A stretch of DNA of 64,000 bases from Basidiobolus meristosporus CBS 931.73 (lineage: Eukaryota; Fungi; Basidiobolomycota). Location of the stretch: NCBI GenBank assembly GCA_002104905.1, contig MCFE01000213.1, positions 1 through 64,000 of the forward strand, written 5' to 3'. Positions 38,894 to 52,140 of this stretch are shown here, one piece after another. Positions within the stretch are counted from its first letter, which is position 1, and the number at the start of each line of letters is the position of its first letter. The notes beneath the pieces were generated by a model. It searched no databases, was not told the DNA's origin, and saw nothing but the letters and a program-made list of their open reading frames with translations. The position numbers were made by a program, and so were the translations under genes.

Positions 38894-39658
38894 TATTCGT
38901 AGATACTGCTTCTAACGGCGTCAACACGCATATATACGGAAATTGGGTCTATCTGTAACCTCACAGATCAGAGAATAAATTTACTATCAATATGCGTGGG
39001 AGTATCTCTGTGTAAGAGAACACGTATGATCAGGTGACGAAATCACCGAAAAGCAAAATACAACAATGGGCGTGTGGATGTAAATGGCTTGGCTACTCAC
39101 ATACAAAGGCATCCCACTTTGAGATAGCCTACAAAATCACCATTCTAGATCGAGCGACAATGGTGAGGTTTGAAACGAAACTCAGAATAAACCGTGTAAC
39201 ACACTGACCATAGCATCTTGACGCACATGATTTGAAAATACTCTCATGTGGCCCGTACTCGGAGGTCGAGTGACCAGTTGATGGAAATTCTTCATCTCTT
39301 GTTGAAGGCTCCTCGGGAGCTTTGAGCAGATCTAGATTATACAGGGTGATTATGCTGTATATATTGACATGGGGGATTCATCAAGCACTGTGTTTCAATG
39401 GCAACTGTAATACAGTCCCATACAAGACATTTCTATCCTTTCTAAATCAAGCCAAGTAAATGTTCAACAAGGTGACAAACGCTGATAGGAATCACTGACA
39501 TTTCAGCGTAGCCCCACTGAGCTAGGCAATCTAGCAGATTCCACCGTGTGTCACCATAGTCAATAAACAATCGAATGCATTGGTGATATTTATTAACGCT
39601 CTCTATGTGTTTATCAACAGCTGACGGGTCATCGGATTATGTACAAAATACACCAAAC

Positions 39659-40273
39659 TTAGTTTTTGCCAGTGGAGCCAAAACCACCAGCACCACGTAC
39701 TGTCTCCGCTAAATCATCCACCACCTCAATATCAGGCGTAGCTATCTTCTCCAAGACCAGTTGGGCGATACGATCACCAACTTCGATTTTGAAAGGCTCG
39801 TCCTTATTGAAGTTGAACATTACGACACCAAGGTTACCCTAAAGGAGAGGCGTTAACCACTGTTGTGGGTAGTAAGCGTGTGAACATTACTTACTCTATA
39901 GTCCTCATCAACGACACCAGCACCGAGGTCGATGAAGTTTTTAACAGCCAAGCCACTTCTAGGTGCAACTCTACCGTACGTTCCGTGAGGGACATGGATA
40001 CTTATATCGGTTTTAACAACGGCGCGAGACCAAGGTTGAAGGACTACGTCTTCAGCACTAATATAGACGTAAGTACTACTTCGCTGCAAAGTAACCGCTC
40101 AGCTTGTACCTGAAGAGATCATAACCAGCAGCACCAGCGCTACTTCTTACAGGGATTCTGGCCTTGTCGCTTAACTTCTTTACCAGAAGGCGGTTAACCC
40201 GGGTGGGTGCCTGGTTCTCAAGAGTTTCGGTTTGCGAAACGACAGGGTTGGGATGAATGTCAGTGAGGCTCAT
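39659..40273 (-). CDS. DUT1: dUTP pyrophosphatase, 3 exons
   Basis: All five dUTPase motifs are present after splicing: [32 protein letters not shown] and [10 protein letters not shown]. Confidence 0.96.
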
Positions 40274-41174
40274 TCTGTTGCTGTACTAAGGGTTTCTACT
40301 GTTGGCAACTCGAGACTCAAAACTTGAGGTTATTTATTGATTCGCTAGAGTAAGTGTTGGCGGAATGTGCAAATGCAAAACAATTATTTGTTTTTCTTTA
40401 CGAACGAATCATGACGGCTCATCACTAGTATTTGGATTTTTACAAACGATTATTGGGCCACTGTGCTTACTCTGCGGCAAGCCGCTTGCAATCATTTCAA
40501 ATGCGTGGTAAAGATAGCGGATGGTGATAACAAATTGAATTACAACTTCAAATTGATATTTGGCTCCTTGGTAAGTGGACTTGATGTTCCACCATGCAGA
40601 GAAACAATACCGCTGCGGACAAGGTAAAGCTCAGCTATTGCTTCCGTGCCACATGCTTCAACCTCACTTGCAATGGATTTCAAGAAGGGGCATCACCTTT
40701 CTGGAGTGGATTGGAGTGTTCTCAGCACAATTCTCTAGACAGTTGCCAGCCCCTTAGACCAGCTCTTTGCTGAAACCTGGTCTTCGGAATCCACGTTGTA
40801 CGTTGGTAATGACTTTGGGCGCATCATTCGGAAACATGACACTTCAGGCAGATTCCTAATCAACCCTGAACTCAAGAGAATCCTGATTGGTCAGCTTTGG
40901 TCAATTAAGATAGTCGACATGTCTGACTACCCTCCATAAATGGCAAGAAATTGGCGCGTCTCAGAGCTACAAACTAAAATTCCAAATTTCTGCTGGAAGA
41001 TCTACTGGTACGAGGAAATAAATCAAGGCACGCCATTGCAAAGTAAAAAAAAGTAGGCTTTGCTAAAGGAAATTTGTTTTTTGAGTAAGGCGCGGGTGAG
41101 ATTGGTTATTCATCCACGAGCCTCATTCCTTACTCATTTTCATATACATTATAAGCTGCCCAATAAGCTTGCCC

Positions 41175-42294
41175 ATGAACCCTTCGACTCCAAATTCGAT
41201 GTCTCTACCTTCTTCCTCTGCCACCCAGTTGCCTTTTCCAACCATGACTCCTGTTGCAAATACGGGGCTAGAGCAGGTCTCTGCTACAGGCTACCCTCAG
41301 GTTCAATCCCAAAACCCGCAGACAGTGGTTGGTCACGCTCAACCTCAGCCGCAAGCCGCAGGCCAACAGATTTCTCAACAAGATCAGTTTCTTCAGAACT
41401 TCTGGGCCAGCCAAGTATCTATCGCTGAGACCTACGACTCTGACTTCAAGCTGCATCCACTCCCTCTAGCCAGAATAAAAAAGGTCATGAAAACTGACGA
41501 AGATGTGAAGGTAGGACAACCTTTCAATGCTCGCCTAGCTCAACCAACCCCTAACCTTCAAATGGTATATTCGTGCAGATGATTAGTGCCGAAGTAGGTG
41601 TTTGCTTATTACCTGCTTGTACATATTCCAGTGCTAGACATATTTCCATTTAGGCACCCATACTTTTCTCCAAGGCTTGTGAGATCTTTATCACTGAAAT
41701 CACAATGCGTGCCTGGATGCACGCTGAGGAGAACAAGCGGCGTACCCTACAGCGAAGTGATGTTGCGAGTGCAGCAACCAAATCAGATCAATTCGACTTT
41801 CTTATAGACATAGTTCCTCGCGAGGATATGTCGAAGGCCAAGAGGCCCAAGGAAGAGGTGACAAAATGTCTCATAACCGTGTTGTCGCTTGGTTGCCATT
41901 AACAGTCTACGATCGATAGTCCGAAATTTATGATCCGAACGCCTACGCCGCTTATTATCAAGCTGCTGGGCTCTCTCAGTACCCAGGGGTAATTCCGATT
42001 CCATTGCCATTGCTCTGTGTTCGGTGCTAATCTTTTGTCATTAGAATCTTGGTGTAGATCAACGCGTGATTGATCCAGCATATTATCAACAGGTCAGTGC
42101 CAATTCCCATCCTGGTGGTTGAGTGTCTTGAACTAACACGTGGTGCACAGTTTACGCAAGAACAACTTCAGCAGTACCAGTTGCAACTTCAGCAGCAAAT
42201 GCAACAATCTCAACACTACCAGATGCGCGCACCTGCTGGCCCCAATTACGCAGCCGCAGGACAAGGCCAACCACAGTCATCTACGCAAGAATAG
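41175..42294 (+). CDS. HAP5: CCAAT-binding factor subunit C (NF-YC/Hap5), 6 exons
   Basis: [17 protein letters not shown]|MISAE|[35 protein letters not shown]...[10 protein letters not shown], followed by a Q-rich tail. Includes a 15-nt exon at 41579-41593. Confidence 0.94.
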
Positions 42295-42399
42295 CATGTT
42301 TATTATCAACCAATTCTCCTCTATCGTACTCTACTTGTTCGAACTTAATTCGTGCCTCTTCAGTTTATCTTTCTAAACACGCCTACTCTCAAGAAATGC

Positions 42400-42950
42400 A
42401 CAGCGAGCTCAGTCGTATTTGTTCCAGTACTCATTGGATCAGGCTTCACATACCTGGATGCCAAGTCCACAAAGTGCTTAGTGAGCGTCTATTCCCTCTT
42501 GAGCATTGCCTTTCCAAATAGGTTTCAAGATATTTTAATGCATGTTTGGGCTATCGCACAATATGGTGATCACTTTCTTTTGCCGCTCATTAAGTATGGG
42601 TTCTGTAATTGCTACATTGTCGAAGGGAATGTTGTTGATAAAGTGAACAGTGCACCATGTATGTTTTATGAGTGGCTCCGTGGTGGAGCGGTCTGGGTTT
42701 CAGGATCAGCACTCTTACAGTTGATTCCTCGAAGCCTGTTGAAAGCCGACCAGCAGCCAAATTGAACTACAAGATATATGTGTCTCATATCGTCTACAGC
42801 AAGCCATAATGTTCTACCTCATCGTTGCCTGGGGAGCAAACGTTTACATATTATCTGCATATTTCAATACAGTTCCACTTCAACCGAGCCTCATCTGCTG
42901 AGACATGCAGATCATCGGAATCCAGTCACTAGCCACATGACAAATTCCTT
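42400..42950 (-). mobile_element. Decayed L1-like reverse-transcriptase relic
   Basis: VLKYADNM (cf. LxYADD), followed by IWKG and CGLGI (cf. FIW...GGLGI); stop-riddled. Confidence 0.4.
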
Positions 42951-43640
42951 TTTTGTCCATCTACTCATGTCCAGTTCACCAACAAACTCGTTCATTGCTG
43001 GCACGAGCTATTTGCGGTTAGGATTCTAAATATATCCTGTGCCTTGGTGCTCAAATCCATGACCCCAGACAGTGCACTTGCCTGTATTACACTGCACGCA
43101 AACTTGCGCGCACCATTACTACATCAACTCCTCAATGAATACGTGTGTACATACGTTTCATAGTGGTGTTGAGTGGTGGTAAAGGGAGCTCCCTCTGACA
43201 GGCTTCATCGCCATTGGAAACATCATTCTCCACTATGCCGCTTATAATAGCCATTTATGTTCCAAATGAATGTACTTGAGGCACTCGCTTAAAACTCATG
43301 AACAAAACGTTTTCACACTGCCTCAATTTGTTCGTAAACAGACGATGAATCAATGCAAGAGGATGTGCAGTTCGACTGTAGTTAAATTGGCATCATACCC
43401 TATTAGTGATGGACGACGTCCAATGCTTCCATTTTAGTTTATGCCACTCGTTCAAATATATGCCACCCATTTCTTCGAGGTACTGCTATTTTGGAAGTCA
43501 CATTCTTTTCTCGTGGTCGCCTGGATATTAACTCCCCCACCCATTATTTTATAGATTTGACAAACCGTTCTGCTGACATTCTTTAATTTGCTGTAGAGAC
43601 TTGCACTTTTGTATCCTTACTGAAATCGAGTCCGGCTAGT

Positions 43641-46438
43641 ATGGTGCGTCCAGTAACCCATCTAGTTTTCACTAAACACGCGAAATTGATTGAAAACTGT
43701 TACCCTCGTCAAGCCTCTCAAAAAACCCCCAAACCTAGTGAAACCTCGTACCTCATCTTCTACGCCAACTCCAGGCCAGCTAAATTACTCAAGGTTGCTC
43801 AATATCTAGAGAGGAGAATTGCTCAGGATACAAACAGAAAAAAACTGAACGACGTTGAGGTCACCCTGGCCATATGGAACGAACTGTTAAAGGGCTGCTC
43901 CAGGGATGTGAATTTGTTCGCTAAAGGGGTTTTGAATTCGATCCACTTTGTTCTCAAAGCAGGCTTTTTTGAGTCGACAATGGCAGCTGTTCAAACTGTA
44001 TGATTCAAGCGTTCTGGCAATAGGGCCCACACTTGTGCTAACCAACAATCTTTAGTTCTCTATATTCTGCTCTACTTATGATGGGTCCTCCCTTGGTATG
44101 GATAATGAGCTATCCGGCTTGTTGGAAGGACTGCTGATGAAGTATAGTGACTGGTGCCAAAGCCCTGATACTTCCACGAAGCCCAATCAAAGGTACTGAG
44201 CTAACTCGCGATAAGCACCACAAAGCTGTTAGTAACCACGATCAATATCCAGTATGCGAATACTGGGTCTGACGGCGCTATTCAACTTCATTTCCTCACC
44301 CTCTGGAAAATCATCTTTCGTCAAGAAACACCTAAGCATTATTCTCCCGGCATTTCTCTATAACATTGACAATGTCCGAGTTGGCGCCGATTGCTTGAAT
44401 ATCGAGTAGGTTCCCTCAGCTTCCAGATACTCTCATAAAAAATCCTGACCTCTTGTTGACAGAAATCCAGCCAAGAGCCTGGATTTCAAACCGCTAGACA
44501 TCCTTAGTATAGCCTCCGACGAGACCGGAGACAAGGATGTCAACGAGTTGGCGCTATCCTGTCTCAGAAATCTGATGAACCATACAAATGCTGCCAGCAT
44601 CAGTGCCATCAGCAAGCATTTTTTCAGGTGCGTTTCAATTGGGTTGTTTGTTTGAGGGAAGGCGCCTCACGAGTTCGCATTAGATATCTGGACGAAACCA
44701 ATTTCTGGAATCACCAGGAGTGCGCCATCGAGATCATTCATTTTATCCTTGACAATATGGAGGTGGGTGGTGGGTGATTTGTTCGTGCAATGAAACGGGG
44801 TTCATCTGGTGATTGCTTCAAGACTAGGTATCGCTTCATGGTGGTCAACGAAGTCATCAAGCGGATCGATACCGAGTTCCTCACGCCCAAGAAATATATT
44901 CTAACCAAGCTACTTACATCCCTTCTGTTAAACTGTATGGTCACACCGGGGATATCCGTACTGGAGCTCCTTGCTGTACTAATTGACTATTACGCCGATT
45001 CGTTGAAGGTCACCAATGCGAGTTCAGCCCTGGCGGCGAATTTCATTAGTCTCGAGAGTGACCTGATCAGGGCCATTGGGTCACTAACCACTAACATCTA
45101 CTACGTTGGCCAAGTTGCAGATATCGTGAATTTCATCCTCGGCAAGATGAAGATCGGTGAGAAGCATGCCAAAATCGACGGAATCCCGGCCTCGCTGTTT
45201 CGGGTCAAGATGCTGCAATGCTTGACTGCAGTTGTCGCAAACAAGGTAGCCTGTACAAATAGCTCGATCACCCCCCGAACCACATTTAGGGTCGTTGCGT
45301 CTGCGCTTCCTCTGCTCAAGAATGAGTCATTTGGTAAGGGCCTCAAGGAAACATTCGGTACTCAGCTACACACATTGAGCATGTATTCTTACAACCCGTA
45401 GAAATTAGAAGGGAAACTGGGGTGTTCTTGACGGCATGCCTTGGGAACGAGAACATCGGCGCCAACCATCTACCTAACCGCAAGCTCACCATCAACAGTC
45501 GGCTGGTGCGGCGCAACTCGAATCCAGATGCAAAGTTCCGAAATTCCGTCTACAAAATGCTCGTCGAGTGTGTCACGCGTAAGGGCGCACTGCCCTTCGA
45601 TTTTGCAATTGCGTTGTCGATATGCAAGCAGATGCTGGAAAGGTACGGATTTGAAGATTTGGTATTGTCGCTTCCGATGATGTTCAGGCTCCAGAGGCAC
45701 AATGAATCCAATATTCATGGCAGTTTTGCCACCAAAGTCCTATTCGATCAGTTGATCGATCTGTACATACTTCATCTAAGTGTACATTTGGGTGTTCCTG
45801 ACGTTACTAGCCAAGTCAAGTGCGTCATCGAGCAGCGAAAGAATGCCAATCAATGGTGTCCGTTGTTTGGGGAGAATGACCGGGATAACTTCGCTCAACT
45901 GGATGGACAGTCCATAAGCGACATTAACCGGAACAATCGCAATCCTGAGGACTACCAACCAATCTCTTTGTGTTTCCAGGAGATTTTACGGGCGCTTAAT
46001 CACCGCATAGAGCTGAAGAGGCGGTTTGCGGAGTTGGAAAAGCGCTTAACCGTGGAAAACTCGATCTTTACTACCGAAGATCCCAAGAAACTGATTAGTA
46101 GAACTATCACTTCAACTTCCAGAGTGATGCAAGGCCTAATCCCGAAATTCACCTTTCCTACACTACATAAATCAGAACCTAAGGCAAGTGGAACCAGGAA
46201 ACCAGTGAAATTTGAAACTCTCAAGGAAGCCCTCAGGCTATCGTGGGACTCTACTAGTGAGCATGACGCTGACTCATCTGACCGACATACTCTCTCGCAG
46301 ACGACGCACTCCAAGAAGTCTCAGAAGAGCTCGCGTTCAGACATGTCGCAGTTGTTGAGGACCATATCAAGCAGGTCCTCCTCAGGAGCCCCTTCGCTAG
46401 TGAACACTCCATATCTGTCCCCTACCTCTCATTGTTAA
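43641..46438 (+). CDS. EFR3: Efr3-family plasma-membrane PI4K scaffold protein, multi-exon
   Basis: The N-terminus KHAKLIENCYP...KPSETSYLIFYANSRPAKLLKVAQYLE is typical of Efr3. Six in-frame GT-AG introns link the ORF-track fragments. The 3' end is uncertain. Confidence 0.85.
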
Positions 46439-47277
46439 AATCGCGCCATCTCATCCCTTGGTTGATCCAAGATATTGAAATGACAATGTTCATATTTGTA
46501 AACACGAAAACACCGAACGGAATTTTGTTCATCCTCAGTTGGCTGTTCATTGCCTGAAAGGTACCTGGATTAACATTGGCTCTCGTTATACCACCAGGTC
46601 AACATGAGTTATTTAAGTAATTATACAAGCTACATTCACGTACAAGTTCCAAAATAAACCTGTTACTCCATGGTTGGCTTACTGAGGGCAACGAAAGCGA
46701 CCCAATCTGTAAACACTAGCCGATCCCATCGCCGCTCATACCCGACAAGAGTGCTACAAGGGTAACACAGAGATCACTAGGAAGCGAGCTGCTTGCAACC
46801 TCGTTCGGCTGCAATACCATTCCTCAGGTACAGATGTGCGCACAACTTTGATGATCCTCAGCTGACGGTAACAAGGGTTACCCCATTTCATACAGATCTA
46901 AATCAATGTGGGCACCAGATATCTAGTGAATAGCAAATATATTTGGCTCATAAAGCCTCTTGCCAATCACATTGGTCCCTTCCTTCATTGCCATAGCGAT
47001 ACCCTGCCATAAAAGGCGAGTGCCTGAATTGGTTGACAGCAGGAAGGAATAAAATTGGCAGTGGATTACACTGGGCACGGAAAAAAGCCACAGTATTAAT
47101 GACTGAGCAAGAAATGGATTTATTGATTAGAATTCACTGACATGCGTTGCCTAAATTACTGGACGTAATCAAGAGCACTTGAGAGAGGAATACAGGGAGG
47201 GATAACCGAGCTGATCGCAGTATTCAGGAGTGCGGTATACGAGGGAGGATGTTTTCCCAGTGTGATGGAGGGAATGA

Positions 47278-47967
47278 TTAGTCATTTGTGGGTCGTTTCC
47301 AGTCACAATGCTCCACCCCCAAGTCGAAAAACTCCTCCGCGTCCAAAAGTTTGTACATATACAAATTTGGAATGTCACCGGGTGAGTCTACAGATTCAAA
47401 CAAACTTCTCAGGCAGTCGTTGCACAGAAGCCTCTTATATTCGGCCGAGGAGGCCTCTTTACGCGACGAGAATTTCAGGTTCATCACCGCAACAGAGGTT
47501 GTCAGCAGTTTGCTCAAACAACGAACCCCATTGGCGTCTAGTTTGCAGGCGCTTTTGGCTGCCTCTTCATTGCCCCAAGTATGGATTACACTTTCTTCAT
47601 CGTTGGCAAGCTCTTCCTCGCATGATTCTCCTATTAGCTGAGATCCTAGAACCGTCCCGGAGAAGCATTTTGGCGAGCAAACGGTGTCGAGAGTAGAAAA
47701 GATCAAGGGAAGCTGATAGCATTCGCGAAGGCTTGCGTATTTGGCTAAGGCCTGGAGAATCCCATTTTGACACTTTTTGGTCGGGTTGATGATATCGCTT
47801 GCAAAGGAACTCTGTCCAAAAACATTCCCCAACAGGCTACCGTCTTGCTTGCCAATGATGCTGTCCAGTGTATTTTCAATATTACCAACTGAAAACCGAT
47901 TCGCGGTGCATTGTACTTGGAGAAAACTCAAGTACAGAACAACAAGCGTGGTGAGAAATCGTTTCAT
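47278..47967 (-). CDS. Secreted cysteine-rich protein of unknown function (229 aa)
   Basis: Signal-peptide-like MKRFLTTLVVLYLSFLQVQC, then 10 further Cys; no TM or GPI tail; single exon. Confidence 0.8.
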   Translation of the reverse strand: MKRFLTTLVVLYLSFLQVQCTANRFSVGNIENTLDSIIGKQDGSLLGNVFGQSSFASDIINPTKKCQNGILQALAKYASLRECYQLPLIFSTLDTVCSPKCFSGTVLGSQLIGESCEEELANDEESVIHTWGNEEAAKSACKLDANGVRCLSKLLTTSVAVMNLKFSSRKEASSAEYKRLLCNDCLRSLFESVDSPGDIPNLYMYKLLDAEEFFDLGVEHCDWKRPTND

Positions 47968-48825
47968 TGCTGTCTGGATAGTCTGAAATCCTGGGGAGTT
48001 CGAGAATCAAGTGTGTAAATCTTGTGCGTATTGCTATGGATAGTCTTTAGCAGGTATGTACAGTGAGGCGATTGATAGTTGTAGATGCGTTTATTGAGAC
48101 GGGCTTGAGTAGTTATATGATTTATTGGTGGCAGAATGCAACCAGGGAGAATGGTTATCAGGGGTTATTGAAGAATGATAACTCGAGTAAATTTAAGAAC
48201 ACCCATCTCTTTAATAAGGGAGTCATTTGAGAGGGGTGCCTCCAAGCTGTGGATGAGGTCGAACCTATCCAACTGCCAATCAAACGGTACTAAGCCCACC
48301 TCCCAGATCATAGCTATTGATATGCCTTTAAGTCTGCACCTGCAAGCGACATTTCTATCTGTACATTAATTAGCCCATTCAATTCAGTTGCACAATTGGA
48401 TTGTGTAAACTGGCATTGTGGTCGGGATCTATATTCAAAATATTGGATGCATCAGTGCTATCCGAACAATGTAGCTGTGAGTGAAAATGGCATTCTGTAA
48501 GTGCACTTTCCCCTGAAATCATCCATTATGTTGGAATAAATCCTATTAGCTCCAGCTCTGCGATATACATGCCATCAGTTTCAGACGCTATTGACAGCAA
48601 CCCGGGTTCCAGCGATGTTATCATATCAAGAGACGCCTGGATTTATGTGCCAATCTTTTATTAAATGAATAGATGAAACAGTCGCTCACTTCAATGGCCC
48701 CATCAGATTCGGGAAAGATGGTTGCCCATTCCTCATTTAAGAGGAAGGCGGGCATCAGTGCGACGTAGCCCAGTAGTTGGATTCATTACAGCGTATGGAT
48801 ACAACGGCCAAGTCGAAGCACAAGT

Positions 48826-50343
48826 CTATATTTTGGATTTTCTAGGATTCGCACCAGCCCTGATAAGTCCTTCCTGCGCAATTGACATCACCAACTTCCC
48901 ATCGGCAGTGTAAACCCTTCCGAATACAAGGCCACGTCCACCTCCTGTTTGTGGGCACTTGAACCAACAATATTTAGTAACCCAGAGTATCGGACGATGG
49001 CATTAGAATAGCTATGATATTTACCTCCATCTCATAGAGCAACCATTCGTCCGCACGGAATGGTGCATGAAACCAAATAGTATGGTCTAATGAGACAAGC
49101 ATTTCAAGCCGAGGATCGCTGAATTCATTCACCCCGTGACAAAGCAATGTGGTTTGCACAAAGTGGTGATCAGAGCAGTACGCAGCAACACACTAGATTA
49201 AAGAGAATCTCAGGAACCTTGTTATACATCAGAGCGATGAATGAAGCTCACCTGATGGAAAGCATGATCATCGCCTAACTTTCCTTTGGCTTTCATCCAT
49301 ATCAGCTAGGAATGCCAGAAAATATATGAGTGTTCCTCAATCAGAAGTGTCCAGAATGAAGCTAAGAACAGTACCTGGTACGGGTCCGATTTTTCTGGAT
49401 ATAGAATATCTTCTGGGTTTAACCCCTGAGTCCGCCGAATGTCAACAGGAATAGGCTAAGGAACATGCTGAGGTTAGGTCCGATGCATTGCTGCTTAAGA
49501 TCAATGGCCAGAATAGTGACCTCTTCCAGCACTTCACGAATGTATCTTTTGTAGCCCTTAGGGATATCAGTTCGCTTGAGCCAAGTAGAGAACCTCTCAT
49601 CATTACTAGTACCGGTGAGCGTTTGTGAATGAATGTTCCAAAATGACGGGAATTTTCGAAGGATACTACCTTGGTAACGTCTCGGGGTCAGGTGCAATGG
49701 GCATCTCGTATTGATGGTTCAATAGGGATGTCTCTGGTCTTTGGAAGCTGCAGGTACAAGTGAAAATGCAGCGGCCTTTTTGTTTCGCAAATACAGTGCG
49801 TGTCACATAGCTTTTTCCTTGAATCCAGTCATGAACATCGAATATCTAGGCCTTGTTCATAACAAGACAGTACTTACCATCGCGAACTCGCTCGACCTCG
49901 TATAATATAGGAATTGCATTGGTCGCTGCTAGCAAAAAGTATGAATGCAGTGACTTGAAACAAAGTTAGCGAGGTGAAAGTGGAAAGATCTCGGTAGATC
50001 TTACGTGCACGTGGTATTCTTTAGACACAGTTTTCATAGCTGCAGCTAGAGCTTGGCCCACCACTTGACCACCTAAGGTCATCCCGGGATTAATTGAAGG
50101 CCCATAAGAACTTAAGTAATCCACAAAGCGACTGTATACCAAATACGCCGCGGGCTCCAACGGGAATCCATAGATTCTTACTCCTATATAAATTCGTATC
50201 GATCTCTATGATAAAGGGGAAAATGAATTGTGTTCTTTGTAGAATCGTTGCCGCTTAAGTATGCTGATACCTTCCAGCTCTAACGTGGATTCGATAAGAG
50301 CTTTCAACTGCGGAGCCTGCGAGTCTAGTGAAGATCCAGACAT
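48826..50343 (-). CDS. TES1: Acyl-CoA thioesterase II (TesB/ACOT8), multi-exon
   Basis: LWIPVGARGVFGGQVVGQAL, SLHSYF, AYCSDH, SLDHTIWFH and GRGLVFGRVY...SIAQEGLIR; ends in -SKI. Confidence 0.92.
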
Positions 50344-51368
50344 AGTATCTTTTTCCCCGGGTTCAAGTGTCGTTCATCCCGTTGTTTCCTTGGATATGAT
50401 ATATATGGTACAACACTCCATACGCATATGCATCCACCAAGTTTCTATTTACGTAATTTGAATTGATTATCTAGATGAATTCGGACCGATTTGAGGCTAT
50501 TTAACCATGATTGCTAACAACTCACATATTCTAATTGACCTTCTATTTATCCCATCAAGTCACAGACTAAATCTGCTTAGTCATGATGATGATACAAAAC
50601 TGATCTGAAATAACACCACCAACACGATATCCACACCAATGGAGGGTTTCTTTAGACAGGAACTAATTGATATTTTTAAGCAAAGTGGTTAATTCCTGAT
50701 CCAAGAATGCTAATCAGCTTCATAGAATTGTTTGTGCGAATAGGTTACTAGTGCATTCTTCATAGTTTGTACCAAATGTTAAGTACATTGGTTACAGCAC
50801 ATTCATTATTGAGGACCACAAAAAGTAACATCTATCTACTTGTGCTGTGTTGATTGATTCAAAATGCCCCAACATCTAGACGAGCTTGAGAGGCCATTCG
50901 CGCAATTCCTGGCCATGCTAGGAGAGATTGTGCTCCGACACAGGATGGTGGAATCTTCCGTTGCTTGTAGCTACAGGATTTTGCGGTTACCAGGTGGAAG
51001 GGCCGAGAGGCTGTGTTTTGATCGCTGCACCTGAATATATAACTACAACTACAGCTACGTTTTCATGCCATAGTAAATTCGGCGAACATGCACACCTACC
51101 AATCTTCGGCTTTGGCAATGAACCATCCCGGTGGGTGTGAGCCAAAACTGCCAAAAACCCAACTCCAATCTACTGGTGATACAAAGAGATTTGTTTTCAT
51201 CTGTTAATTTGTTTTGTACGTCGCTCCCTTAATATTTTTGAGCAGCAAGTTATAGTCATCTATGGTAATACCGTAGTGTAACTGAAAATAATCTACCAGG
51301 TGCTCAAAGTAGCGTATCTGGATTGGCCAGATACTGTACATCTTGTATATATGCCAATCTCAGACACG

Positions 51369-51800
51369 TTACGTATGACTGGTGACCAAGTTTAGATTGC
51401 TACAACCCCTGTGCGCCGAAGGTTGGGAGACTCTGCTATGTTCATTCCAAAACGGAATGCGACATGGAAAACGATCTTGCAATAACTGGACACCTCTGAC
51501 AATGGTGCATCCTAGCCAATAGCTGAGGTGGCTAGGAGCGTGTGTCATCCTAGCTCTGTTCGACAAGTAGGGGTATCGGGGTGGTTAAAATATTCGGCCT
51601 AGCAAAATACCGAAGTGCACCGCTTCAAGGATAAAATCACATTTCGAGGCTGCGGGGCTCCTTGGTACCGAATGAATGGTATTGCTTCGCATTTCCAGAC
51701 GACTGGACAAGGTGCTCTCGTGACAATACTATCATCCTGCAACTCAACAACCCTGGGAAAGTCATGCCAACAAATCCCAGAAATCATCTGTCCCAAAATA
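51369..51800 (-). mobile_element. Decayed L1-like retroelement relic
   Basis: LQDDSIV, IRYQGAP (cf. IRYLG.P), LSYW and PFWNEHSRVS...HRG occur in RT-to-thumb order; degenerate. Confidence 0.3.
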
Positions 51801-52140
51801 TGCTCGAGGTCATTACTATTGGATACACTAATGAAGTTATTGGTTAGCTTGAAAAACAAGGATGAAATAGCCTCGGTCCGACCTCGGAAAGCGGTGTAGT
51901 GTGGTAAAGGCGAGTGGTGAGCATACTCAGCATGAGCTGCGGGGAATCTCAAGCTTGCCTTCCGAGCTTACCATGTCATACAGATGGGCTCATACATAAT
52001 TTTGGTAAAGATTTTCAGGTGTGACGTTACCATTTTCTAACCAGGTTCAGTACAAATCAATCATTTCAGTTTCTGGATTGGAGATTTTGATATATATAGG
52101 CAACAGAGCAGTGTATTTATTACCATTTTCATAGCGTCAA

